From Eledone cirrhosa (taxonomy: Eukaryota), in the NCBI GenBank assembly GCA_964016885.1, contig OZ024740.1:4030001-4094000 (forward strand): DNA of 64,000 bases, read 5' to 3'. The position numbers and the translations under genes were made by a program. Of the stretch, positions 26,316-41,200 are shown piece by piece; the first letter of the stretch is position 1, and each line of letters opens with the position of its first letter. The notes beneath the pieces were generated by a model, which did not search any database, was not told the DNA's origin, and worked only from the letters and a program-made list of their open reading frames with translations.

Positions 26316-27489
26316 ATAAAACATGGGCAAATACTTAGAAAAACACATCAAGAAAATCAAAAAAAGATATAGATAAATGAAATAGAAATTGAAATATATA
26401 AAAATCTATCAAGAAATATAGTTAGGTGTGTGTATATGTATGTATATACGCCCCCAGATGTGCATATATGTATATGTGTACATATACATGTATAGTGAGA
26501 AAGTGTGCGTAATTCTAAAATAGGGCAAATGTATCTATATGTCTGTATTATACAAACAGAAATGGTTACATCGTAAATATACGAATATGAAGGCGCACGC
26601 ATAAAACGCCTGGACACTCGTACGCTTAGGTGCGGAAAGAAAGGAGGTAAGGGAGTGTAATAATTAAAAGAAAAGGGTCAGTCTCGATATATTTATAAAA
26701 ATATAATAACGATAAATTAGAAAGAAAAAATTAAAGAAAACAACAAAAGGAGGGTATACACATACACAGACACGCGTGTCTCACAAAAGAAATGTAAAAA
26801 TAATTATGCTTATATAAACACGCGCACTTACACTTCCATACGTTCGAAACGTACATACATACACACACACACACATACCTATACTCACGCATATAAACCT
26901 GTTTACATGCCCACGTATGAAACTGAGTAAGTAAAAAAAGGAAGGGGGGGGGAGAAGAAAAAAGGAACAAAACATAAAACCGAGATGTCAAAAACACGGA
27001 TGTAAAGACACGTACACATACGCATAATATATACATACACACACACACAAACACCTGTACACACACACACATATACACATACATACACACATATACATAC
27101 ACACACATACACACACGCACGCGCGCGCACATACGTAGTCACTCATGTACATATATAAAAAGTATACACACATTAAGGCGTTCAGCCATATTGAAATGTG
27201 GATAAATAAGTACAAATATAAAATTTTAAGATATGCTGCGCAAAAATAAAATAAAAATGAAAATATCTGGATTGAAAAACACAAAAGACAAGTGTAATCA
27301 GTTAGTGGAGGAAAAAGGGAAGTAAAAGAAGGGGAAGTAAAAAATAGAAAATAGGAAGTGGATCGGAGAATAAGGGGGGGGGGGGAATGTGAAGTAAAAA
27401 TAAATAAAAGTGAAAATAAATGAAATTATTGACAAGGATAAAAATGAAAGTAAGTCAGAAAGGGTAATTAAAAAGAGAATAATAAGAGT

Positions 27490-27980
27490 TTAAGGAGGAT
27501 AAGTATCTGAAAGTGTGTTAAGTTTATATGAGCTGGAAAGCAGGTGTGATTTCATGTGTGGGCAACTGGTGAAAATTTCCGTCTTTGTGTTCAGGCAGGT
27601 CTTTGGTGATTTAAGATTTTGCAATATCCAAAATTTTTCATTTATGCAGAGCTTGCATTTTCTTGTTCCTCTAGCATATTTTTTAGATTGGTTCAAAATT
27701 GACCAATCTAGTTTATATTGGATGCCTTGGTCTTTCAAATCCCAGATTCTGCTAGCCAGAGCTGTTGTAAATCTTTTTTCTGGATGTCGAAAGGATGCGA
27801 CATGTGAGTAATAACGCGTTTTGAATCTGTCTTGCGTCATACCCACATATCGTTCACTGGTGGCTGGATGGTTGTTGCTGATGGTTGTCACTTTAGCCGC
27901 ATATACAATGGCTTTGGTGTTGCATTTACCTTGTAATGGGCATTCACTTTTGATTCTACAGGAGCAAGTTTGATTTTCTC
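27490..27980 (-). pseudogene. 5'-truncated PLE GIY-YIG endonuclease domain
   Basis: CSCRIKSECPLQGKC, AIVY, YVG, FKTRY..H, CKLC..E, LN.K.E....C.H; same architecture as the C-terminus of 50369-52530. Confidence 0.85.
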
Positions 27981-28150
27981 TATATATATAGGATAACAAA
28001 ATATTGTTATAGCTAATCCAATTAAAGGTTGTGAATACTTCTTATTATGGATAGTCTTAGCGTACGCCATTGTTTGACTCAACAAGAGGTTTACGTAGAT
28101 GACGAGTTTATGATTTCACTTGTATTCCTATGTAAGTTTATCTTGGAGTA

Positions 28151-28332
28151 ATATAATTGAAAAAGTGGAGAACAACAGGGTCAACATTACAAAAAAGGGG
28201 GTTTATTTGAAGTCTAACAATTGTTTCACTGATAGAGATGTCTAAAAAATTGCAGTGAAACAATTGTTAGACTTCAAATAAATCCCCTTTGTTGTACTGT
28301 TGACCATGTTATTCTCCATTTTTCAATTATAT
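28151..28332. repeat. ~80-bp-arm inverted repeat with 21-nt loop
   Basis: 28151-28231 pairs with 28253-28332; each arm carries GAAACAATTGTT, like the 3' half of a hammerhead. Confidence 0.85.
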
Positions 28333-28347
28333 ATATATATATATATA

Positions 28348-28538
28348 ATAATTGTTTCTACTTTTGGCACAAGGCCAGCAATTACCCTGTGCATTACTGG
28401 TACTTTATTTTATCAACCCCGTAAGGATGAAAAGCAAAGTAAATCTCGGCGGGATTTGAACTCAGAATGGCAAGGACCGTAACTCTATGCGTCAAAGCAT
28501 GGCCTCCGACCCTCTACCGATACTTCCAATCCACCGCC
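28348..28538 (-). mobile_element. Meta-like tRNA SINE, full length
   Basis: Reverse-complement homologue of 59465-59657. Confidence 0.85.
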
Positions 28539-28668
28539 TTATATATATATCAATGCCAGGACCGGTTGTATCTCAGCGTACTCAATAGGTAATGTAGGAT
28601 ATATTCCCAGAGTATACACATAGTTATTCGCTTCAATACAACATATGTAAACAGTGCCTATAATAGTT

Positions 28669-28779
28669 CCCGGACTCGAGTTTAGGCCACACCTAATGCA
28701 GCAGTAGGGTGCACTGCACCCTCTGTCTGCATATATTATGCAAGAATGCATAATCGGCATATGTGGCTTCATCAGTGGG
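28669..28779 (-). ncRNA. Mutated type I hammerhead with branched stem II
   Basis: Minus strand: CCCA-CTGATGA-aGCCACA...TGTGGCc-TAAA (G12>U)-palindromic ACTCGAGT-C-CGGG; two internal hairpins. Confidence 0.62.
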
Positions 28780-29289
28780 TATCGCCTAATCAATAACCAA
28801 TCGATCGACAGAATCCAAACCCCAGCCCATGCCGGTCATGACTGTTTGTGACGGCCAACACAGTAAAGTGATTAACAACTGGAATCTGATATAATTCTGT
28901 CCCTCGACCAGCCACCGATTTACAAACTTTACGTGGTGGCGAGAGATTAGAAAACAAATCTTTTCATTGCCGTCCAAAGCTCTCAGTCAATGTGTCTCAA
29001 ATACAAATTAATAAGAAGTGAAAAGATGGTTATTAGAAATAGCAGTCCCACATCGATGTATAATAGAATGGTAGCATTCAGCTCATGTCTCAAGGACCCA
29101 TGGCTAGAGGAAAGTGATAGTAACAATGGTAGGGCCAAGAACCTTTAACGGACATTAAATGCCAGTATCTATTATACAGCGATATATATGTGTATAGTTT
29201 CTTCGTGTTGAAAGGATAAATATATGCAGTATTAGTTGTCCAGAACATTATAATTGCCAGCACAAGACAAAGGACCATAAAGTTGACAC

Positions 29290-32200
29290 CTAACAACACC
29301 ATTTCTTCTCTTAGTACATACTAACCAATACCTTTCAGTGACTATTACTTCTCTTAGTACATACTAACCAATATCTTTCAGTGACTGTTACTTCTCTTAG
29401 TACATACTAACCAATATATTTCAGTGACTGTTACTTCTCTTAGTACATACTAACCAATACCTTTCAGTGACTGTTACTTCTCTTAGTACATACTAACCAA
29501 CACCTTTCAGTGACTGTTACTTCTCTTAGTACATACTAACCAATACCTTTCAGTGACTATTACTTCTCTTAGTGCATACTAACCAATACCTTTCAGTGAC
29601 TATTACTTCTCTTAGTACATACTAACCAATATCTTTCAGTGACTGTTACTTCTCTTAGTACATACTAACCAATATCTTTCAGTGACTGTTACTTCTCTTA
29701 GTACATACTAACCAATACCTTTCAGTGACTGTTACTTCTCTTAGTACATACTAACCAATACCTTTCAGTGACTGTTACTTCTCTTAGTACATACTAACAA
29801 CACCTTTCAGTGACTGTTACTTCTCTTAGTACATACTAACCAATACCTTTCAGTGACTGTTACTTCTCTTAGTACATACTAACAACACCTTTCAGTGACT
29901 GTTACTTCTCTTAGTACATACTAACAACACCTTTCAGTGACTGTTACTTCTCTTAGTACATACTAACCAATACCTTTCAGTGACTGTTACTTCTCTTAGT
30001 ACATACTAACAACACCTTTCAGTGACTGTTACTTCTCTTAGTACATACTAACCAATACCTTTCAGTGACTGTTACTTCTCTTAGTACATACTAACAACAC
30101 CTTTCAGTGACTGTTACTTCTCTTAGTACATACTAACCAATACCTTTCAGTGACTGTTACTTCTCTTAGTACATACTAACAACACCTTTCAGTGACTGTT
30201 ACTTCTCTTAGTACATACTAACAACACCTTTCAGTGACTGTTACTTCTCTTAGTACATACTAACCAATACCTTTCAGTGACTGTTACTTCTCTTAGTACA
30301 TACTAACAACACCATTTCAGTGACTGTTATTTCTCTTAGTACATACTAACCAATAACTTTCAGTGACTATTACTTCTCTTAGTACATACTAACCAATACC
30401 TTTCAGTGACTGTTACTTCTCTTAGTACATACTAACCAATACCTTTCAGTGACTGTTACTTCTCTTAGTACATACTAACTAATACCTTTCAGTGACTATT
30501 ACTTCTCTTAGTACATACTAACCAATACCTTTCAGTGACTGTTACTTCTCTTAGTACATACTAACCAATATCTTTCAGTGACTGTTACTTCTCTTAGTAC
30601 ATACTAACCAATATCTTTCAGTGACTGTTACTTCTCTTAGTACATACTAACCAATACCTTTCAGTGACTGTTACTTCTCTTAGTACATACTAACAACACC
30701 TTTCAGTGACTGTTACTTCTCTTAGTACATACTAACCAATAACTTTCAGTGACTATTACTTCTCTGAGTACATACTAACTAATACCTTTCAGTGACTATT
30801 ACTTCTCTTAGTACATACTAACCAATATCTTTCAGTAACTGTTACTTCTCTTAGTACATACTAACCAATATCTTTCAGTGACTGTTACTTCTCTTAGTAC
30901 ATACTAACCAATACCTTTCAGTGACTGTTACTTCTCTTAGTACATACTAACAACACCTTTCAGTGACTGTTACTTCTCTTAGTACATACTAACCAATACC
31001 TTTCAGTGACTGTTACTTCTCTTAGTACATACTAACAACACCTTTCAGTGACTGTTACTTCTCTTAGTACATACTAACCAATACCTTTCAGTGACTGTTA
31101 CTTCACTTAGTACATACTAACAACACCTTTCAGTGACTGTTACTTCTCTTAGTACATACTAACAACACCTTTCAGTGACTGTTACTTCTCTTAGTACATA
31201 CTAACCAATACCTTTCAGTGACTGTTACTTCTCTTAGTACATTCTAACAACACCTTTCAGTGACTGTTAATTCTCTTAGTACATACTAACCAATACCTTT
31301 CAGTGACTGTTACTTCTCTTAGTACATACTAACAACACCTTTCAGTGACTGTTACTTCTCTTAGTACATACTAACCAATACCTTTCAGTGACTGTTACTT
31401 CTCTTAGTACATAATAACAACACCTTTCAGTGACTGTTACTTCTCTTAGTACATACTAACCAACACCTTTCAGTGACTGTTACATCTCTTAGTACATACT
31501 AACCAATACCTTTCAGTGACTGTTACTTCTCTTAGTACATACTAACAACACCATTTCAGTGACTGTTACTTCTCTTAGTACATACTAACCAATACCTTTC
31601 AGTGACTGTTACTTCTCTTAGTACATACTAACCGATACCTTTCAGTGACTGTTACTTCTCTTAGTACATACTAACCAATACCTTTCAGTGACTGTTACTT
31701 CTCTTAGTACATACTAACCAATACCTTTCAGTGACTGTTACTTCTCTTAGTACATACTAACCAATACCTTTCAGTGACTGTTACTTCTCTTAGTACATAC
31801 TAACCAATACCTATCAGTGACTGTTACTTCTCTTAGTACATACTAACCAATACCTTTCAGTGACTGTTACTTCTCTTAGTACATACTAACCAATACCTTT
31901 CAGTGACTGTTACTTCTCTTAGTACATACTAACCAATACCTTTCAGTGACTGTTACTTCTCTTAGTACATAATAACCAATACCTTTCAGTGACTGTTACT
32001 TCTCTTAGTACATACTAACCAATACCTTTCAGTGACTGTTACTTCTCTTAGTACATACTAACCAATACCTATCAGTGACTGTTACTTCTCTTAGTACATA
32101 CTAACCAATACCTTTCAGTGACTGTTACTTCTCTTAGTACATACTAACCAATACCTTTCAGTGACTGTTACTTCTCTTAGTACATACTAACCAATACCTT

Positions 32201-35200
32201 TCAGTGACTGTTACTTCTCTTAGTACATACTAACCAATACCTATCAGTGACTGTTACTTCTCTTAGTACATACAAACCAATACCTTTCAGTGACTGTTAC
32301 TTCTCTTAGTACATACTAACCAATACCTATCAGTGACTGTTACTTCTCTTAGTACATACTAACCAATACCTTTCAGTGACTGTTACTTCTCTTAGTACAT
32401 ACTAACCAATACCTTTCAGTGACTGTTACTTCTCTTAGTACATACTAACCAATACCTTTCAGTGACTGTTACTTCTCTTAGTACATACTAACCAATACCT
32501 ATCAGTGACTGTTACTTCTCTTAGTACATACTAACCAATATCTCTCAGTGACTATTACTTCTCTTAGTACATACTAACCAATACCTTTCAGTGACTGTTA
32601 CTTCTCTTAGTACATACTAACCAATACCTTTCAGTGACTGTTACTTCTCTTAGTACATACTAACCAATACCTATCAGTGACTGTTACTTCTCTTAGTACA
32701 TACTAACCAATATCTCTCAGTGACTGTTACTTCTCTTAGTACATACTAACCAATATCTCTCAGTGACTGTTACTTCTCTTAGTACATACTAACCAATATC
32801 TCTCAGTGACTATTACTTCTCTTAGTACATACTAACCAATACCTATCAGTGACTGTTACTTCTCTTAGTACATACTAACCAATACCTTTCAGTGACTGTT
32901 ACTTCTCTTAGTACATACTAACCAATACCTTTCAGTGACTATTACTTCTCTTAGTACATACTAACCAATATCTCTCAGTGACTATTACTTCTCTTAGTAC
33001 ATACTAACCAATACCTTTCAGTGACTGTTACTTCTCTTAATACATACTAACCAATATCTCTCAGTGACTATTACTTCTCTTAGTACATACTAACCAATAC
33101 CTTTCAGTGACTGTTACTTCTCTTAGTACATACTAACCAATACCTATCAGTGACTGTTACTTCTCTTAGTACATACTAACCAATACCTTTCAGTGACTGT
33201 TACTTCTCTTAGTACATACTAACCAATACCTATCAGTGACTGTTACTTCTCTTAGTACATACTAACCGATACCTTTCAGTGACTGTTACTTCTCTTAGTA
33301 CATACTAACCAATACCTTTCAGTGACTGTTACTTCTCTTAGTACATACTAACCAATACCTTTCAGTGACTGTTACTTCTCTTAGTACATACTAACCAATA
33401 CCTTTCAGTGACTGTTACTTCTCTTAGTACATACTAACCAATACCTATCAGTGACTGTTACTTCTCTTAGTACATACTAACCAATACCTTTCAGTGACTG
33501 TTACTTCTCTTAGTACATACTAACCAATACCTTTCAGTGACTGTTACTTCTCTTAGTACATACTAACCAATACCTTTCAGTGACTGTTACTTCTCTTAGT
33601 ACATAATAACCAATACCTTTCAGTGACTGTTACTTCTCTTAGTACATACTAACCAATACCTTTCAGTGACTGTTACTTCTCTTAGTACATACTAACCAAT
33701 ACCTATCAGTGACTGTTACTTCTCTTAGTACATACTAACCAATACCTTTCAGTGACTGTTACTTCTCTTAGTACATACTAACCAATACCTTTCAGTGACT
33801 GTTACTTCTCTTAGTACATACTAACCAATACCTTTCAGTGACTGTTACTTCTCTTAGTACATACTAACCAATACCTATCAGTGACTGTTACTTCTCTTAG
33901 TACATACTAACCAATACCTTTCAGTGACTGTTACTTCTCTTAGTACATACTAACCAATACCTATCAGTGACTGTTACTTCTCTTAGTACATACTAACCAA
34001 TACCTTTCAGTGACTGTTACTTCTCTTAGTACATACTAACCAATACCTTTCAGTGACTGTTACTTCTCTTAGTACATACTAACCAATACCTTTCAGTGAC
34101 TGTTACTTCTCTTAGTACATACTAACCAATACCTATCAGTGACTGTTACTTCTCTTAGTACATACTAACCAATATCTCTCAGTGACTATTACTTCTCTTA
34201 GTACATACTAACCAATACCTTTCAGTGACTGTTACTTCTCTTAGTACATACTAACCAATACCTTTCAGTGACTGTTACTTCTCTTAGTACATACTAACCA
34301 ATACCTATCAGTGACTGTTACTTCTCTTAGTACATACTAACCAATATCTCTCAGTGACTGTTACTTCTCTTAGTACATACTAACCAATATCTCTCAGTGA
34401 CTGTTACTTCTCTTAGTACATACTAACCAATATCTCTCAGTGACTATTACTTCTCTTAGTACATACTAACCAATACCTATCAGTGACTGTTACTTCTCTT
34501 AGTACATACTAACCAATACCTTTCAGTGACTGTTACTTCTCTTAGTACATACTAACCAATACCTTTCAGTGACTATTACTTCTCTTAGTACATACTAACC
34601 AATATCTCTCAGTGACTATTACTTCTCTTAGTACATACTAACCAATACCTTTCAGTGACTGTTACTTCTCTTAGTACATACTAACCAATATCTCTCAGTG
34701 ACTATTACTTCTCTTAGTACATACTAACCAATACCTTTCAGTGACTGTTACTTCTCTTAGTACATACTAACCAATATCTCTCAGTGACTATTACTTCTCT
34801 TAGTACATACTAACCAATACCTTTCAGTGACTGTTACTTCTCTTAGTACATACTAACCAATATCTCTCAGTGACTATTACTTCTCTTAGTACATACTAAC
34901 CAATACCTATCAGTGACTGTTACTTCTCTTAGTACATACTAACCAATACCTTTCAGTGACTGTTACTTCTCTTAGTACATACTAACCAATACCTTTCAGT
35001 GACTATTACTTCTCTTAGTACATACTAACCAATATCTCTCAGTGACTATTACTTCTCTTAGTACATACTAACCAATACCTTTCAGTGACTGTTACTTCTC
35101 TTAGTACATACTAACCAATACCTTTCAGTGACTGTTACTTCTCTTAGTACATACTAACAACACCTTTCAGTGACTGTTACTTCTCTTAGTACATACTAAC

Positions 35201-38200
35201 CAATACCTTTCAGTGACTGTTACTTCTCTTAGTACATACTAACCAATATCTCTCAGTGACTATTACTTCTCTTAGTACATACTAACCAATATCTCTCAGT
35301 GACTATTACTTCTCTTAGTACATACTAACCAATACCTTTCAGTGACTGTTACTTCTCTTAGTACATACTAACCAATATCTCTCAGTGACTATTACTTCTC
35401 TTAGTACATACTAACCAATACCTATCAGTGACTGTTACTTCTCTTAGTACATACTAACCAATACCTTTCAGTGTCTGTTACTTCTTTTAGTACATACTAA
35501 CCAATACCTTTCAGTGACTATTACTTCTCTTAGTACATACTAACCAATATCTCTCAGTGACTATTACTTCTCTTAGTACATACTAACCAATACCTTTCAG
35601 TGACTGTTACTTCTCTTAGTACATACTAACCAATACCTTTCAGTGACTGTTACTTCTCTTAGTACATACTAACAACACCTTTCAGTGACTGTTACTTCTC
35701 TTAGTACATACTAACCAATACCTTTCAGTGACTGTTACTTCTCTTAGTACATACTAACCAATATCTCTCAGTGACTATTACTTCTCTTAGTACATACTAA
35801 CCAATATCTCTCAGTGACTATTACTTCTCTTAGTACATACTAACCAATATCTCTCAGTGACTATTACTTCTCTTAGTACATACTAACCAATATCTCTCAG
35901 TGACTATTACTTCTCTTAGTACATACTAACCAATACCTTTCAGTGACTGTTACTTCTCTTAGTACATACTAACCAATATCTCTCAGTGACTATTACTTCT
36001 CTTAGTACATACTAACCAATATCTCTCAGTGACTATTACTTCTCTTAGTACATACTAACCAATATCTCTCAGTGACTATTACTTCTCTTAGTACATACTA
36101 ACCAATACCTATCAGTGACTGTTACTTCTCTTAGTACATACTAACCAATACCTTTCAGTGACTGTTACTTCTCTTAGTACATACTAACCAATACCTTTCA
36201 GTGACTCTTACTTCTCTTAGTACATACTAACCAATATCTCTCAGTGACTATTACTTCTCTTAGTACATACTAACCAATACCTTTCAGTGACTGTTACTTC
36301 TCTTAGTACATACTAACCAATACCTTTCAGTGACTGTTACTTCTCTTAGTACATACTAACAACAGCTTTCAGTGACTGTTACTTCTCTTAGTACATACTA
36401 ACCAATACCTTTCAGTGACTGTTACTTCTCTTAGTACATACTAACCAATATCTCTCAGTGACTATTACTTCTCTTAGTACATACTAACCAATATCTCTCA
36501 GTGACTATTACTTCTCTTAGTACATACTAACCAATATCTCTCAGTGACTATTACTTCTCTTAGTACATACTAACCAATATCTCTCAGTGACTATTACTTC
36601 TCTTAGTACATACTAACCAATACCTTTCAGTGACTGTTACTTCTCTTAGTACATACTAACCAATACCTTTCAGTGACTGTTACTTCTCTTAGTACATACT
36701 AACCAATACCTTTCAGTGACTGTTACTTCTCTTAGTACATACTAACCAATATCTCTCAGTGACTATTACTTCTCTTAGTACATACTAACCAATATCTCTC
36801 AGTGACTATTACTTCTCTTAGTACATACTAACCAATATCTCTCAGTGACTGTTACTTCTCTTAGTACATACTAACAACACCTTTCAGTGACTGTTACTTC
36901 TCTTAGTACATACTAACCAATACCTTTCAGTGACTGTTACTTCTCTTAGTACATACTAACCAATATCTCTCAGTGACTATTACTTCTCTTAGTACATACT
37001 AACCAATATCTCTCAGTGACTATTACTTCTCTTAGTACATACTAACCAATACCTTTCAGTGACTGTTACTTCTCTTAGTACATACTAACCAATATCTCTC
37101 AGTGACTATTACTTCTCTTAGTACATACTAACCAATACCTATCAGTGACTGTTACTTCTCTTAGTACATACTAACCAATACCTTTCAGTGTCTGTTACTT
37201 CTTTTAGTACATACTAACCAATACCTTTCAGTGACTATTACTTCTCTTAGTACATACTAACCAATATCTCTCAGTGACTATTACTTCTCTTAGTACATAC
37301 TAACCAATACCTTTCAGTGACTGTTACTTCTCTTAGTACATACTAACCAATACCTTTCAGTGACTGTTACTTCTCTTAGTACATACTAACAACACCTTTC
37401 AGTGACTGTTACTTCTCTTAGTACATACTAACCAATACCTTTCAGTGACTGTTACTTCTCTTAGTACATACTAACCAATATCTCTCAGTGACTATTACTT
37501 CTCTTAGTACATACTAACCAATATCTCTCAGTGACTATTACTTCTCTTAGTACATACTAACCAATATCTCTCAGTGACTATTACTTCTCTTAGTACATAC
37601 TAACCAATATCTCTCAGTGACTATTACTTCTCTTAGTACATACTAACCAATACCTTTCAGTGACTGTTACTTCTCTTAGTACATACTAACCAATATCTCT
37701 CAGTGACTATTACTTCTCTTAGTACATACTAACCAATATCTCTCAGTGACTATTACTTCTCTTAGTACATACTAACCAATATCTCTCAGTGACTATTACT
37801 TCTCTTAGTACATACTAACCAATACCTATCAGTGACTGTTACTTCTCTTAGTACATACTAACCAATACCTTTCAGTGACTGTTACTTCTCTTAGTACATA
37901 CTAACCAATACCTTTCAGTGACTATTACTTCTCTTAGTACATACTAACCAATATCTCTCAGTGACTATTACTTCTCTTAGTACATACTAACCAATACCTT
38001 TCAGTGACTGTTACTTCTCTTAGTACATACTAACCAATACCTTTCAGTGACTGTTACTTCTCTTAGTACATACTAACAACAGCTTTCAGTGACTGTTACT
38101 TCTCTTAGTACATACTAACCAATACCTTTCAGTGACTGTTACTTCTCTTAGTACATACTAACCAATATCTCTCAGTGACTATTACTTCTCTTAGTACATA

Positions 38201-41200
38201 CTAACCAATATCTCTCAGTGACTATTACTTCTCTTAGTACATACTAACCAATATCTCTCAGTGACTATTACTTCTCTTAGTACATACTAACCAATATCTC
38301 TCAGTGACTATTACTTCTCTTAGTACATACTAACCAATACCTTTCAGTGACTGTTACTTCTCTTAGTACATACTAACCAATACCTTTCAGTGACTGTTAC
38401 TTCTCTTAGTACATACTAACCAATACCTTTCAGTGACTGTTACTTCTCTTAGTACATAGTAACCAATATCTCTCAGTGACTATTACTTCTCTTAGTACAT
38501 ACTAACCAATATATCTCAGTGACTATTACTTCTCTTAGTACATACTAACCAATATCTCTCAGTGACTATTACTTCTCTTAGTACATACTAACCAATACCT
38601 TTCAGTGACTGTTACTTCTCTTAGTACATACTAACCAATACCTTTCAGTGACTGTTACTTCTCTTAGTACATACTAACCAATACCTTTCAGTGACTGTTA
38701 CTTCTCTTAGTACATACTAACCAATATCTCTCAGTGACTATTACTTCTCTTAGTACATACTAACCAATATCTCTCAGTGACTATTACTTCTCTTAGTACA
38801 TACTAACCAATACCTTTCAGTGACTGTTACTTCTCTTAGTACATACTAACCAATACCTTTCAGTGACTGTTACTTCTCTTAGTACATACTAACCAATATC
38901 TCTCAGTGACTATTACTTCTCTTAGTACATACTAACCAATATCTCTCAGTGACTATTACTTCTCTTAGTACATACTAACCAATATCTCTCAGTGACTATT
39001 ACTTCTCTTAGTACATACTAACCAATACCTTTCAGTGACTATTACTTCTCTTAGTACATACTAACCAATACCTTTCAGTGACTGTTACTTCTCTTAGTAC
39101 ATACTAACCAATACCTATCAGTGACTGTTACTTCTCTTAGTACATACTAACCAATACCTTTCAGTGACTGTTACTTCTCTTAGTACATACTAACCAATAC
39201 CTTTCAGTGACTATTACTTCTCTTAGTACATACTAACCAATATCTCTCAGTGACTATTACTTCTCTTAGTACATACTAACCAATACCTTTCAGTGACTGT
39301 TACTTCTCTTAGTACATACTAACCAATACCTTTCAGTGACTGTTACTTCTCTTAGTACATACTAACAACACCTTTCAGTGACTGTTACTTCTCTTAGTAC
39401 ATACTAACCAATACCTTTCAGTGACTGTTACTTCTCTTAGTACATACTAACCAATATCTCTCAGTGACTATTACTTCTCTTAGTACATACTAACCAATAT
39501 CTCTCAGTGACTATTACTTCTCTTAGTACATACTAACCAATACCTTTCAGTGACTGTTACTTCTCTTAGTACATACTAACCAATATCTCTCAGTGACTAT
39601 TACTTCTCTTAGTACATACTAACCAATACCTATCAGTGACTGTTACTTCTCTTAGTACATACTAACCAATACCTTTCAGTGACTGTTACTTCTCTTAGTA
39701 CATACTAACCAATACCTTTCAGTGACTATTACTTCTCTTAGTACATACTAACCAATATCTCTCAGTGACTATTACTTCTCTTAGTACATACTAACCAATA
39801 CCTTTCAGTGACTGTTACTTCTCTTAGTACATACTAACCAATACCTTTCAGTGACTGTTACTTCTCTTAGTACATACTAACAACACCTTTCAGTGACTGT
39901 TACTTCTCTTAGTACATACTAACCAATACCTTTCAGTGACTGTTACTTCTCTTAGTACATACTAACCAATATCTCTCAGTGACTATTACTTCTCTTAGTA
40001 CATACTAATCAATATCTCTCAGTGACTATTACTTCTCTTAGTACATACTAACCAATATCTCTCAGTGACTATTACTTCTCTTAGTACATACTAACCAATA
40101 TCTCTCAGTGACTATTACTTCTCTTAGTACATACTAACCAATACCTTTCAGTGACTGTTACTTCTCTTAGTACATACTAACCAATACCTTTCAGTGACTG
40201 TTACTTCTCTTAGTACATACTAACCAATATATTTCAGTGACTGTTACTTCTCTTAGTACATACTAACCAATACCTTTCAGTGACTATTACTTCTCTTAGT
40301 ACATACTAACCAATATCTCTCAGTGACTATTACTTCTCTTAGTACATACTAACCAATACCTTTCAGTGACTGTTACTTCTCTTAGTACATACTAACCAAT
40401 ACCTTTCAGTGACTGTTACTTCTCTTAGTACATACTAACAACACCTTTCAGTGACTGTTACTTCTCTTAGTACATACTAACCAATACCTTTCAGTGACTG
40501 TTACTTCTCTTAGTACATACTAACCAATATCTCTCAGTGACTATTACTTCTCTTAGTACATACTAACCAATATCTCTCAGTGACTATTACTTCTCTTAGT
40601 ACATACTAACCAATACCTTTCAGTGACTGTTACTTCTCTTAGTACATACTAACCAATATCTCTCAGTGACTATTACTTCTCTTAGTACATACTAACCAAT
40701 ACCTATCAGTGACTGTTACTTCTCTTAGTACATACTAACCAATACCTTTCAGTGACTGTTACTTCTCTTAGTACATACTAACCAATACCTTTCAGTGACT
40801 ATTACTTCTCTTAGTACATACTAACCAATATCTCTCAGTGACTATTACTTCTCTTAGTACATACTAACCAATACCTTTCAGTGACTGTTACTTCTCTTAG
40901 TACATACTAACCAATACCTTTCAGTGACTGTTACTTCTCTTAGTACATACTAACAACACCTTTCAGTGACTGTTACTTCTCTTAGTACATACTAACCAAT
41001 ACCTTTCAGTGACTGTTACTTCTCTTAGTACATACTAACCAATATCTCTCAGTGACTATTACTTCTCTTAGTACATACTAACCAATATCTCTCAGTGACT
41101 ATTACTTCTCTTAGTACATACTAACCAATATCTCTCAGTGACTATTACTTCTCTTAGTACATACTAACCAATATCTCTCAGTGACTATTACTTCTCTTAG

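Larger units (their letters stand above)
26141..27980 (-). mobile_element. Penelope-like element 3' fragment (GIY-YIG endonuclease, long 3' UTR, hammerhead)
   Basis: GIY-YIG ORF end at 27490, hammerhead ~1.2 kb downstream on the same strand; bounded by TA runs. Confidence 0.82.
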
